A DNA stretch of 63,341 nucleotides, counting the filler, from Saprolegnia diclina VS20 (lineage: Eukaryota): assembly GCF_000281045.1 (NCBI RefSeq). It is 7 parts of one record of this genome, joined end to end, with 100 filler letters (N's around TTAATTAATTAA, not from the genome) between each part and the next. Parts side by side here need not be neighbours in the genome. Positions count along the whole stretch, not along the records: positions 28,697 to 48,708 come from NW_008246091.1; 6 more parts are not named here. One strand, given 5' to 3'. The position numbers and the translations under genes were made by a program. Below, one piece after another: positions 34,817 to 47,369 of this stretch. Each line of letters begins with the position of its first letter. The first letter of the stretch is position 1. Under the pieces are notes generated by a model that saw nothing but the letters and a program-made list of their open reading frames with translations, did not search any database and was not told where the DNA came from.

Positions 34817-36256
34817 ATGTCCACCAAGCGCACCTGTCCCGAGGCCGCGACGATGCTTGGCCTTCCGCACGTCCTGATCTCGATCGTCCAGTGCTTGAGC
34901 TCGCCTCGCGATGCCATCGCCTTTCTTATGACGCTGCCACCGGCGTCGCTGCATGCGCCGCTGGCGGCGACCAAGGCGCTGCTGACGCAGTCAGGCCCGT
35001 TTGCATACACGTGGCCGCACCTCAGCCTCGACGACCTCCATAGCGAATCTGCGGCACTTGCGCTTGAGGCGCTACCTGCTCTATTATCCGCGCTGGAACC
35101 AGAGCCCGACAGCAATGTTTGGGCGACTTGCGACGGAGCCATGTCGTTTGTCGACTTTGTCTCGTCGTGGCCACTCACGGTGACGCACATCGACACACTA
35201 TGGCCGCGCAACATCGACAGCACGAATCTGTGCCGCTTGCTGCGTCGCTGCACGCGCCTCCGATCCATCGACATTTCGAATGAAGACAAAGATGTGGTCG
35301 AGATGCTCACCGCCGTGACGACGCCGGCCCATCGATTGAAAAAGCTGAGTGTTTTCTACCAGCGTGCTACTACCATGGACTGGACGTCGCTGCTGCGACC
35401 ATGGCTCTCGAGTGGTTACGCGCGGCATCTCGCATTCGACAACACCCGAACCACCGATATGGAGGGACTCGCACGGGCCCTTGCGACCACGTCGTCGCTG
35501 ACTGGCTTGGACATCCTCAACAATGACGATTTGGTCGGTGCCTTCTTGACGCTGCAGATGCCATTGCACCAGCTGACCTCGGTGTACCTCTGGACACAAC
35601 GGCATGACCGCATCCGACCTGTCTTGCAGCTTCTAAATGTAACCAAGCTCACATCGCTCGCCCTCAATTGCATGGCTACTGACTATACGGACGTCCTCAC
35701 GCTCGTGCCGCGCATGACGGCGCTTCGTCATCTCTTGTTGGATTTTGGCAAGGTCTGTGATCTCGACGCGTCGCGATGGCCGCACCTCGAAAGCATCGAA
35801 TTGAGCGTAGTCAACTGGACATCGAAGGCGTTCGGTGCTCTGCTAAAGTACCTCGAGCGCGTCCAAGGCCTCCGCAAGCTCAAGTTGGACCACTGCGACA
35901 TCGTCTACGATCACGTGGCGGACGTGAGTTTGGTGCTCCGTCGCTTGATCTACAACGGTCTCACGCTGGCGAGCTTGATCGGGACGGGTCTCGACGACGC
36001 GAGGGCGGCGACTCTGGCGCGGATGCTGCGCCAAAGTCGAAATCCGCTACCCGTGACGCTCCACCTCAAAGACAACGAAGTGACCATCGGTGGCGTCCGC
36101 TGGCTGCTTAAAGCTCTCGCAACGTGCTCCTTTGTGCGCGTCGTCATTGATACCATCAAACATGCCGACCTTCACGCGGCGGCGGCGACTTATGGCATGG
36201 CCTGCGACATGCACAAGAACGCGTGCATGCTCTATAGTCCTTTTACTATCTCGTAA
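34817..36256 (+). CDS. IVQCL/LRR-like family protein, 479 aa
   Basis: MSTKRTCPEAATMLGLPHVLISIVQCLSSPRDAIAFL...; close paralog of the 28697 copy. Confidence 0.9.
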   Translation: MSTKRTCPEAATMLGLPHVLISIVQCLSSPRDAIAFLMTLPPASLHAPLAATKALLTQSGPFAYTWPHLSLDDLHSESAALALEALPALLSALEPEPDSNVWATCDGAMSFVDFVSSWPLTVTHIDTLWPRNIDSTNLCRLLRRCTRLRSIDISNEDKDVVEMLTAVTTPAHRLKKLSVFYQRATTMDWTSLLRPWLSSGYARHLAFDNTRTTDMEGLARALATTSSLTGLDILNNDDLVGAFLTLQMPLHQLTSVYLWTQRHDRIRPVLQLLNVTKLTSLALNCMATDYTDVLTLVPRMTALRHLLLDFGKVCDLDASRWPHLESIELSVVNWTSKAFGALLKYLERVQGLRKLKLDHCDIVYDHVADVSLVLRRLIYNGLTLASLIGTGLDDARAATLARMLRQSRNPLPVTLHLKDNEVTIGGVRWLLKALATCSFVRVVIDTIKHADLHAAAATYGMACDMHKNACMLYSPFTIS

Positions 36257-36611
36257 AACGCGTCTACCTACGCAGTACCACAATCCGTACCATCATATAG
36301 ATGGTTCTTGTGTAATTTGTTAACATTGATGGCTCTTTCAGTGGTCTTTGCGACTTGTAGGGTTAGGGTTGATGTTCACTTTGAGTTTGCACGACCAAAT
36401 TTACGACACTCTCGAGTGGCTGCTCGGCAAGAGCGCGCTTTTCGCACAGTCGATGTGAGCTCGATCGCACTGGCCAACTCGTACCTTCCAGCGAATGGTA
36501 TCACGCTGGAATCCCATGTCTCGTCGGGTTCTGGTCAAAAGCCAGCACTCGGCAATCTGCACGACTACCCAAAACAACTTATAGCGCCAATCGAAACACA
36601 AAATTCGTCTT

Positions 36612-37699
36612 CTATTCGTGCGTGAAGCGATCGTACGCTTGCTTGAGCTGCTCCCAAAACAAAAAGGTAAACACTGTGTGGGGCCCGAGCCGGAGGTACT
36701 GGACGGTCCAGCCCTTGAACGCGCCTTTGATGCCTTCTTTGGCCAGCGTCTTTTGAGCGCAGTCGATGGGTCCGTCGTAGAGAAGACCTTTCCCACTAGC
36801 GTCGAGCGGCTGGTTGTAGAGACGTACGGAAATCACATCGAACGGGTTCATGGCCGTCACGCAGAAGAAGCCCGTCAAAATGGACGCCGAGAAGTGCAGC
36901 GCGACGGTCTGGTCGTGGAAGACGTACGTCGACGGGATCGGCTGCGACAAAAGCAGGCCCTTGAAGTACTCGTAGCACGTGAGCTGCGTCGCTGAGCCAA
37001 AGCTCACACGCGGCACGGCGCCGCCAATGCCGCGGAAGAAGCCTCGTAGGCCGTCGGTTGCGAGCACGGCCTTGAAGCCCTCGAGCGCCGACGCGTACTG
37101 GTGGCGGCCGCGCGTCACCGCACCCGAGTTGGACGCTTGCAGCCGCGCACGCACCAAGTAGAACGGGTTGCCCGTGAACGACGACGCGGCGCCCGAGAGG
37201 ACGCCGGCCACGTACGTTCGCGTCCAGTACCAATCTGCCCCCTTCTCGGCGCCAACGAGTCGCTTGGCCGGGTCGTGCAAGCCAAAGCGCGTGCCTGCAA
37301 TCATAAACTAGCATTCCGTGAGCGCGAGGTGGAAGCAGGCGAAGGCCATGTCGTACCTGGTACGCGATGGTCATGCCAAGGCCCGACTGGAGGCCGCGCA
37401 CGCCTTCTTGACGGCCAATGACGTACAGCGCCTGGAACGGGTTCTTGTACACGCGCTCGACGGCTTTGGAGCTCGCCTCGACGAGCTCGTTCTGCAGCTG
37501 CATGCGTGTCTTGACAACTACGTGGCGCATGCCATGATGCGTGGTGGTGGCATATCGGCGCTGTACCTTCGAGCGGGTTGGTGAGGACGCTGGCGCACGA
37601 GGCTGCAGTCGCAGCGAGGAAGAAGCTCGTGAGCACGTCCTTGTCCTTGGGCGAGACGGCGGCGGTGAGCGGCGCAGGCTGCAGGCGTGGGCTGGCCAT
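36612..37699 (-). CDS. Mitochondrial carrier (SLC25; OAC1/SLC25A35-like); exons 37699-37567, 37517-37357, 37307-36612
   Basis: Three signature motifs: NPLEVVKTRMQ, NPFYLVRARLQ, NPFDVISVRLYNQ; RLGPHT; two 49-nt GT-AG introns. Confidence 0.92.
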
Positions 37700-37894
37700 T
37701 CTCGTCGTCCGCGTCTTATCCCCACTTGAGCTCTGTTGCGCAATCGCCGAGGATATCTTTTCGCATTAGAATCAAATCACGACCGCAGTATACAAACAGC
37801 AAGTGATTTGGAGGGCCACCAAATCGCTACTATTTTAATATATGTTTTATTCCACATACAACAACCTAGTGATAGCACACGAATTAAAGTTAAT

Positions 37895-37975
37895 TAATAA
37901 TTGTCAGCTCTGATTGGCGCATATTCGGCCAATCCGAGCGCATCCATGGACTTGCTGGCAACCAATGTGTTTTAA
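37895..37975. promoter_or_regulatory. CCAAT-box cluster in divergent promoter between carrier and Sel1 genes
   Basis: ctgattggc, gccaatc and accaatg in an AT-rich head-to-head intergenic region. Confidence 0.4.
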
Positions 37976-38377
37976 ACAGTTCGCAATGAACCGAGTCAAG
38001 TATCCCGGGATTCGCGCGGTTGAGCTACGCGGTTGTGGTCGAGGCGACAGCGGCGCCTGCTCAGCCTACGCCCGTATCTGTCTGAGCGCCATAAGCTTAC
38101 TCGGGGCGTGGGCCAGACAGGCGGGTTGATGCTCAAGTGGCTGATCCAATGCAAGGACCCGTCCAACGGCCGTCGGACAGGCAGGCTCGGTCGCTGCTTG
38201 GGATTGCCTGCAACTGCAACCGTGCCACGTTCGTTGGACCATGCGCCGACCATCACCGAGGAAGATTCCTCTGGTCGTCGGAAATGATGATGCACGCGCT
38301 GTTTTAAACACGTTTACAACAGTGGTATTCCACACACCATATGAAACGTTTAAAACACTTTGCACTGGCGGGCGACG

Positions 38378-39502
38378 ATGTTGCGCCGCCTCCTCGGACG
38401 ACCCGCGCGGTCTGCGGCCGCCATCGATGCTGTACGTCGTCACGCGACTGCATGGCCTCATGGACCTCCTAGGACATTGGCGCAGTCGTGGCTACGCTGC
38501 GCGAGATGGGCCGCGACGGCTCGAGCCGCGTACGAGCCCACCACTTGAGATGCGTCTGACGCTGCCGCGTATTAGATGCTCACGCCGTCCACTGTCGCGT
38601 CGATGCTGTCGACCAAGACGGCGTCGCCAAGCCAGCTCTATCGCATGGGCCAGGCCATCTTGGAGAACGGCGAAGTCGAGTCGCACCCGGCCGAGCTCGA
38701 GAAAATCAAGCTGCTCTGGGTCGCAGCCATGGAGGCCGGCGACCACAACGCCAAGTTTAGCTACGCGCGCCTTCTCAAGCAAGGCCAGGGCTTTCCCAAG
38801 CCGGACGTGATCTCTGCGACCAAGCACTTCAAGCAGCTCGCGGACGCCCGGCATCCGTGGGGCACCTTTGCGTACGCCGAGGCGCTGCGGACCGGCGACG
38901 GCACCAAGAAGCAGGTGGCGAAAGCGTTTGAGCTCTACCTCCTCTGCGCCCAGTCCAATTTGCCGCCCGCGTACATGGCCGTGGCCAACCTGTACATCAC
39001 CGGCGACGGCGTCGACAAGGTATTTTTCCTCAATTTTCCTGTATTTTCGCCCATGTTTTACAAATATGGATCGTAGAACGTCCCCGAAGCCCTCAAGTGG
39101 TACCAAAAGGCAGCCGAGTCGGGCGACATGCACGCCAAGTCGCTTCTCGGCGACTGGCACTACAACGGCCTCCACGAGTTGCCCGTGAACCGCACGCTCG
39201 GCGTCGCCCTGCGTCAGGAGGCCGCGGCCGCTGGTGTGCCCAACGCCATGTTCAACATGGGCTGCGTCTACTTGGAAGGCGCTAGCGACATTGACATTGA
39301 GAAGAACGAGGTCGTCGCGTACCAGCTCTTCCAGCAAGCGGCCATGAAGGGCCATGCACTGGCCATGATGAACGTGGCGGTGATGCTTCGGGACGGCATC
39401 GGCATCACGCGCAACGTGGCGGCCGCGAGAGAGTGGTTCACAGTGCTTGCACCCATCGATATCCATGCCAAAGAAGCGCTGGTGGCATTGCCCCACGAGT
39501 AA
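38378..39502 (+). CDS. Sel1-like repeat protein; exons 38378-38431, 38473-38529, 38576-39019, 39077-39502
   Basis: Repeats such as AMFNMGCVYLEG...NEVVAYQLFQQAAMKGH and NVPEALKWYQKAAESGD. Three GT-AG introns (41, 46, 57 nt) join the frames; Arg-rich N-terminus. Confidence 0.88.
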
Positions 39503-40597
39503 AGCTACTGAGATAATGATTCATATTCAGTTTGAGATGCTGGGATCGAGCCCAACCGGTCGGTTGGTGCTTTCGGCTCGCCGTTGGTAATCGTTGAAAG
39601 AGGAACAAAGGTGTGAACCGTATCCTAGAGCGCGCTCGGTTTGAGACAGCAAGCGGCTGGCTGGTATCAGTCGCGCTCGAGAGGTCACACAGGACGCCAG
39701 AACACTCTGCACACGCCACACACAGGTCCAAAGACCAGCATCCAAGAGCCAGAGTGCAGGACCACCGCAGCCATCGCTCAATGCCAACAATGCCAGGTGT
39801 TTCCTCCGGATATCGTCCGCTATGGACGCGTTGACGACAGCTGTCGCCGCCCACCGATTGCACGAGTTCGCAATCCTGTCGAGTCGTTGGATAGGTGTTG
39901 GATAGCTGCGTTGGATAGCACCAAGTTGGATCGAGGATACTTGAATGCAATCCCTCGCAAAGCGATAATGCTATGCGCGTTCTGCTGGACCTCCACAGAG
40001 CTCCTCAGATGCTCACGAGGAGTGGCTGATAGGCTGTCGATCGACGGCAGCTGATCATCACAGCCGCTGCGATACCAACGGAATGCCCTCGCAGCTTGTA
40101 TGGACGCGCTTCTCTCACGCAAACACGAAGCAACTACGAGTGGTGTACGTGCGGCTCTCATTCGCAGCTGACCTTGTGCACAGACTAGAGCTGCTGCTGT
40201 TGACCCTCGCTTTTCGCGTGTCGGTCACGCGAGGTTTCAAAAAACCGAGTACCCGGGTCGCCGCGCTCGACGCTGAGCCTCCGACCGCTAACTTCAGCTG
40301 GCGACTCGCCTCGACTTGATATACTCGTTACTAAATCTCGTCTCGTCGATGCAAACCCTCTTCACCCGACCAGTTGAGGCTGCAGAACCCAGTTGCATCT
40401 CCGGTTTCCGCCTGTCGCGACGAGGATAGGACGCGAGAGTGGCGCCCACCTTCACATTCGCGCGCAGTTGCCGTCCTGATCTTGCTTTGCAAAAGTAGCT
40501 GCACAGCGGCGGTACGTCCAAGATTCTGTCAGCTGGCAAAGGACCATCAACTCTACGCTTGCATTTAAGATTTTGTTGAATTCGTGACGTCGCCGCC

Positions 40598-41703
40598 TCA
40601 TCGCCCGACTTGGTTCGTACGCAAGATGGACTGAATGACGCACAGGTGCTGCTGGATCGCGTTTGGGTACAAGCTGGCGTCCATGCTCGTGTCTTGAGAG
40701 CTCTCGTTCTCTTCTTCTTCGCCTAAGACGGCAACGGACGCAGCTGGAAGTAGCATTGATTGCACTTTCTCGCGCTGGCGCAGCGCAGCTTCACCAATCT
40801 CAGATGCTAGTGGCAACACCGGCTCGGACATGGCTTCTTCAAACAGAGAATCGTCCGCCTCTTCATCGACGAAGACCTCGTCAATCGAAGTAGCCACACT
40901 CAGTGGGATCAGCGGCAGCAGCGCGGTGTCGCCCGCCAATGGGCCACGCGACGACGCCACCTCGGACGCAGTGCGGTCGAGTGAACCGGCGTCCGAGAGA
41001 GACGCGGACGGGCGGTGCTGCCACGACGCAGACGACTGTACGTCTGAAAGCGACTGCTGGAGCGATGACCGTGACGAGCAAAACGAACCGTGGTCGAACC
41101 GGTTGACGTTGGTGAAGATGCGGTGCACGGGCTCGTACGCGCTGCCAGTTGACATCGTCTCGGACACGGGGGCGCTGCTTGTGGTCTGGCTTTTGCGGAT
41201 CTCTAGGAGGCGCAAGAGCGCTGCTTCCATGTGTGTGGTCAGCGGCAGCGCCGAGACGCCGGCCATGTACTCGGCAAGCTAAGCATGCCGTGTCAATCAT
41301 AGCATAGGCATGCTGCCGTCTACCATGTGCTCGCGTTTGAGGATCATCTTCTCGGTGAGGTCGGTGCGGAACGGGTGGCGGGGTGGAAACTTGGCGCTGA
41401 TGGTCTTCTGCTCGTCGGGCTTGAGCTACAGTTGGCGGAGCATGCTAGGACAAGCCTCGTGGAGGCGACGTACGTTGATATGAAAGTTGTAGAAGCGGCT
41501 AAAGCGCAGTGCGCGCTCAAAGGTCTGGCCGTTGTACTTGACGATGGAGCGGTAGAGCTACTCGCCATGAGTGCAGTGCTAGCTGCGACGCCAGAACGTA
41601 CGATGATCGGGCTCTTGGTGAGCGGGTCGATGTTGCGCTCGTGGCCAATGACACGCACGCGCAGCGTCGAGGTCGACGGCGAGCTCCGAGGCGGTGCGGC
41701 CAT
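40598..41703 (-). CDS. PX (Phox homology) domain protein; exons 41703-41602, 41557-41474, 41425-41324, 41278-40598
   Basis: Hand-spliced product LRVRVIGHE...IILYRSIVKYNGQTFERALRFSRFYNFHINL...AKFPPRHPF...ILKREHMLAEYM fits the PX pattern (Y, R-F-S-x-F, FPP, R..L..Y). Three phase-0 introns of 44-48 nt. Confidence 0.8.
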
Positions 41704-44700
41704 GCCAGGCGACTGCTGGAAAAAAGAAAGGTAATCGTTCGTAACGATTGGCCCAATCAGAGACACGGATGACGTCCAGCCAATAAAACACCGAGATGGC
41801 CGCTGAATTCCAATCTTTTGCGCCAATCCAAAGCCAGACGGTAATGTCGGCAGAGGAGCCAATCGCATGTCGCGGCACAGTGAAGGCAACCGAATCACCA
41901 TGGCGCCAAATATGAAAGCTTACTAGTAGTCTGGTGGTGTAGTTGGTGTAGAGACAGAGCTATCGCCTCTAGACACAATTTAACCTTAGTGGATGCCTGA
42001 AGGGACCAAGGACCGGGCAGAAGCCGAGTCACCTCTGTTGGAGTGCCATTATTAAAATCACATGTGGTAACGCATGACGTGGTGCCACCTGAAGGTGCCA
42101 CGCGGGCTGAGCCAGTGCCATGTAACCATGTATAACTCGGTTAGCTCTAACCCTGAACCGCGATGTTAGATAGCAATAGCTGTATCAAAAGGACGACATT
42201 GAATAGCGCGCTACGCGTCGCCTTCACCAACCCTCGTTCGATACGATATCGCATAACGTACTGGGAAAAGCCTCGCTACAAAACGTGACCATGGCGCCAG
42301 GATCCAACAGCAACTCCACGGGGTAGCATAAGAACGAGCACTCTCGTAGAGACAACATGGACTTGGGCCCGCCGAGTGAAAACCCCAACTATACTAACGA
42401 GGCAAATGTGCGAGTGGTTTTTGAAGTACAAGCAGGGATCGGCGAAACGCAGCTCTTGATGAAGGCGGGACGATCCACCCAGATACATCTCACTGTTGTG
42501 CGTGGTTCTGAGCTCGCAAATCAGTTGATACCAAACACTTATCAACAAGTAAGCTCAAGTCAAAGCAATCGCGCCACTCTCTGAACGCAGGTACGAGGCA
42601 CGACGATCAAATCGTCGGCGGCCAAACGACCGTCACCGCTGATGCGTCACCTCGCAGCAAAGTCGTAGCGCCGTTGCCGCCTCGAATAATAGCATCAAAA
42701 AGCATCGAACAGAAAGCACCGGTGCAGCCCAGCACAACAGTGTTATGTACACACCAACAAGCGGTCAATCGCACGTAACAGCACGTGATGACTACACCAA
42801 TACTGTGATGGGATCTGGTCCAAACCTCGTCTCCGGCGTCGTCTGATATCGTCGTCGTACGAGCCGCACCGTCGACAGAGGTATACCAGAATGTGAATCG
42901 TGGGCGATATTTGCATTCTGGAAGATTGTTGATGAAAAAGATCATGTTTCCGTGCAAGCGTTTCGGATCCGGGTTTGACAAATCAGTGACTTTCCAGGTG
43001 CGATAGACCTTATCTCGGCGCCCACATACGAGGCCGTCGATGCGCCGCATAGCTGCTTGCTACTCGCGCCTTTTACCACAACCTCGGAGCGACGTGGTGG
43101 GTGATCGAACATATCGCTGCATCAACGATTCTTGTGATAACTAACTGGCTGGTTCGATGAAACGCTTGGCGTATCGGTTACGGCTTCGTCTACCTGATTC
43201 CTCGACGGCCACACATGGTCACACAGAGAACGAGAACCGATAGGCGCGAACGGGCAGAGTTTGCCGAAAAGACCCAGTTACGCCATGAAAATTGGCGGGA
43301 TTCGAGACGTACAGTAGCATCTCAATGGGGTGAAAATGATATTCAAAATTCGGTCCAGGCGGAGATGTGGCCGCAGTTGCGACGACGCGCCGACTCGTGC
43401 CCCGCACTCTTTTCGCTTGGGTGTGCGCCGGTACGACGACGTCGTTGGACACGCAGCTGCACGCTTGCCGCGATTTTACCCCGTTTTAACGCCCGCATGT
43501 GGGTTTAACGCGTTAAATATATCAGGATCGCAAGGTGGGAACTGGAACCCACTTTGCACTTGTGTGATAGCGCGCTCGTAAACGCTTCAAGCGTTGGTAC
43601 TACTAACCGTTTCTCTTTCAAATGCACGATATTCCAATAGTCATCCGAGTTGTTGCTCATCTGAAGCGCAAGAGACACGGTCGTGCGTAGTGGGATGAAT
43701 CGCTCAACCGAGACCTGTTCCGTCCAAAACACAAGCACCATATGTGGGAAAGGCCATGTGGCGCCACAGTTGCAGCAACCACGCGGCTCGTTTTCCGTCG
43801 TCTTGCGTCGAAGGAGTAGCTATCCATAATTTATCCTGAAGTGTGAGCGAATCTTGAATAATCACCAAGGCTCTTCTTCGGTGGAGCTGCCAGCGACACA
43901 CTCAAACATGTCGATGGCAGGAATGCGGGTTGTGGTCGATGCGAAACGAAATGATCCAAGCTACTCGAAATATTAGCATTGTCCTTCCCGGTGATAATAG
44001 GTATATGCAAGGATCTTCAACCAAAGAATGCTTGCTTGGCACCGAAAGACTGATCGGTTTATGGTAGTCAACGGTCGCGACACGCCTTTCAACCCCTGGC
44101 TCGTCGAAAATGAAGGCGGATGTCGAGTGTCGATCCCTCAACCGATCGCACACGTCCACGCCAAGGGTCGTCGCCACCAAAGCCACAGGCGCGTTTTAGA
44201 CGGTACATCTGTATGTGCGTCGTGGTCGTGCCTCGCAGCTCAGGACACGAATTAATTTATATCTGGGAATATATTCATACAAAAAATAGTACTAGGAGGA
44301 AATATTGGCGCCATTCGCCATTGGAATAGGACCGAAAACAAACATACTAAAACAGCAAGCAATCCGAGAAAAAGATGAAGAAGAAATGACCAGCAGCACC
44401 ACCTTTTACGATTTCGCTGGACGTGGACAATCACTCTGATAGCTAGATGGCCTCGTCTGCAGTTGGTGAACCGGTACGGTGCGGAGCCTACGACGTTCGA
44501 ACGTGGGTGACAGAAGCAGCAACAGCGAGGGCATTGACGACGGGCGCGACCAGCAAGTAAGCCCATTTCTCGCTCGGCGAGAATCAGACCCTGGTATCTG
44601 GCACAGGCGGTTGGCGAGAGTAGCAGAGAAGGCCTTCAATGATCCCACTCTGGCTTACACATCAGACGCCGCCTTTCGTATTTCCAAATTTGCAACCAAG

Positions 44701-44714
44701 TGCAGACGCGTACT

Positions 44715-45176
44715 ATGCACGACACCAGCAGCCAAGTCGCCCAAGGCCTTTGGACCGCGCTCGAGCACGAACGCTTCCTCATGGCGCTACGCCTGTACCC
44801 GGAAGGACCTTGGAAGGATGTCGCCGCCATGATTGGCACGCGCAACGCCAAGCAGGCCCAGGCGCACATGCAGAAATGCAAAGAAAAGCTCTACCGGCGG
44901 ATCCGCGAGCTCCAGTCCAAGCTCGAGAACGACGACGGGCACTCGAGCAGCGACAGCGACGGCTTAGACGGGTACCCGTCGAGTCGCACGCAGCGCACCA
45001 AGCATGCCGACACGCTCGGCATCCAAGTGCTGCATCCGATTCCTTTTGATATCGAGCCCGCGGACGGCTTTCTGTGTCTCAACATGCGCCACACTGCCAC
45101 CGGAAACGAGCTCTCGGTCGAAGAGTCACTCGACTTTTTGATCAGCGAGATGAAGGGCTACGTCGAAGGCGAGTAG
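44715..45176 (+). CDS. Single-repeat Myb (SHAQKY-like) DNA-binding protein
   Basis: GLWTALEHERFLMALRLYPEGPWKDVAAMIGTRNAKQAQAHMQKC; C-terminal EESLDFLI. Confidence 0.88.
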   Translation: MHDTSSQVAQGLWTALEHERFLMALRLYPEGPWKDVAAMIGTRNAKQAQAHMQKCKEKLYRRIRELQSKLENDDGHSSSDSDGLDGYPSSRTQRTKHADTLGIQVLHPIPFDIEPADGFLCLNMRHTATGNELSVEESLDFLISEMKGYVEGE

Positions 45177-46796
45177 ATCACGTACTCATCCTCTAATTAT
45201 GCTTATATATTACGCTATTTTAATACGATAAATTTTGCATTGGCGGCGGTTGTCGGACTAGATCACGGGCGACCCGATCAGATTCGAGGTACACATACGC
45301 CACTCGACGCAGCTGGATGACCGCCTTTTCGGCACGACTTTGGCACTGTTGCATGGCGCGTCGTCGTCGTTCATGGAAGCGGCAGCGTTAGGTAGCTCAA
45401 ATAGAAAGGCCGGTGTCTGGTTCCCGCGGTTTTGGACGACGTCCGTGGGTGCTTGCTTGAAACGTGGGACGATGCCCACCGATCGCAATAGTTCAATCGT
45501 ATACGTGTCCACTAAGACGCCACCCACAAAGCTTGGATGCCGAACCTCATCGAAGTCCAAAGTCGGCAAAGCAACTGGTGCTCGATCGCCGCGTCCGTGG
45601 AATCTTCAGAAGCATCATCTTCGATTTAACGTGGTCGATGCTACTTGTCGAACGAAGCGTTGGTTGATCGGCGCGGCTTCTTGAGGCACGACAGACCTTG
45701 GCTGCCAAGGCGTACGCCAGCACATATTGCGTATTCATTGGCGCTCGCACGCCACTCGGGTGGGTGGTCTTTGTCTCGTGGGACGATGTGCTGACGTCGA
45801 ACGGCGTCTGTCTGGCCACCGTAGCCATTTGACAAAGATTCGGGAGCGGAGAGACCAGCAGAGTGGCACCGTGGGTTAACATGGACGTATCGACGCCTTC
45901 CTCGGCGCATCATGTACTCTCAAGGTTGACGCCGTACACTGTACGAGCAAACGCACTCCTTCTGCAGCTGTCGTCCAGGAGCGACGACACCGAGATCTCA
46001 CTTGGGTACGATTATGCGACTACCTCAAATTACAAGGTACTAGTAGGTGCCTTATGACGCAGCTGCGGCCCTTTGATTGCAGTACAAAGTCGGTACGTTG
46101 GCATTCGACACAACCACCGCCGTAGATGTTACTAAACTTGTTTTCACGTCGCACATTAATGGTAATAAATGCCCTTGGGTTGACACGCGGCGAGCCCTTT
46201 TGGTCTACAGAAATGTTCCATTTGGACCGCATGCGCCATCGTAACGTCATATTGGGCATGTCTCTGGTCCACATACTAAACGTCACTGTGTGTGTCTATT
46301 AATAGGACGCGCCATGTGATTGGTCAAGGTTCTGCTGATCATTCTTGCACTCAAGCCACGTCAAAACCCGCCGTGAAAACCGTCAACCGACGTCAAAAGT
46401 CGAGTTTTCCGTTTCAATCGCGGAAGGGTTAGGTGGCAACGACCGTTGGCGTCCTCACTGCAACGCAACGTCGACCATCACGATCGTGCTGTGCGCCCTG
46501 TGTCTTACGTCCTTTGCCGTTTAAGTGCCGGTCGCTGGCAGCCAAGGGAATAACCTATTATAGTTATCCCCTTGCTGGTCGAGCTCCCCGGCGGCCGTCA
46601 AGGAGATGAGATGACGCCGGCCCTCCCGTGCTTTCGCCCCGCGGGCGCGGTCGCCCTGCCTCCACGAAGTCCCGTCGCCTCCCGGCCCTCCGCCGCCGCC
46701 ACCAGTCGTCCGGCCGCGCCGCGTGCGGCGTCGGTTCTATGTGCTCGGTCGGCATCCGGATATATTCGGATGCGGGCTCGGACGGTTTCGTTTGAA

Positions 46797-46995
46797 ACAC
46801 TCCCCTGTAGAGTGGTCCGAGTACAGGAGCCTGCGTACGACCTCGCGCGAGCTATAACTCGGCGAGTGTGTTCCACCACGGGATGGATCTCTCCGTACGC
46901 AGCTCGCTCCCAACGACCCAGCACTAGTGCCAACTCCCACGCATTCAGGCGTAGCGCTACGTATGCGAAGTCTTTTGTGTAATTATGAATGTAAC
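46797..46995 (+). repeat. Dispersed repeat A, copy 1
   Basis: About 190 bp matching the reverse complement of 50262-50461. Confidence 0.9.
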
Positions 46996-47369
46996 GTACA
47001 TAAGTATTATGAGATTATGAGCACACGAAACCGTAGCTCACGTTTCTAGAGTACAGTCGACACCAACTTGTCTGTCGTCGAAAACTAAAACCGCAAATGC
47101 GAATGATATGATTTGACAGAGGTCCCGTCAAAAACAATATCTGCATGACTTGGCAATAAAAAGTACCACATGAAGAGGTACTAGAAAGTTATAATGTGCT
47201 ATAACGACCCTATCGCGAAATTCGACGTCGATTGACACTGTCTACAATAAGATCACAATTTCAATCGAAATAAGAACCTGAGCAGTGCACTCAAAAACAA
47301 ACAAATCGTCCACGTGTACTGCTACAAAATCCACTCCATATTTGTACAAAACACATTCGACCTTCTCGA

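Noticed and set aside
36358..36370. Telomere-like TAGGGTTAGGGTT
   Set aside because: Only two units; compatible with chance.
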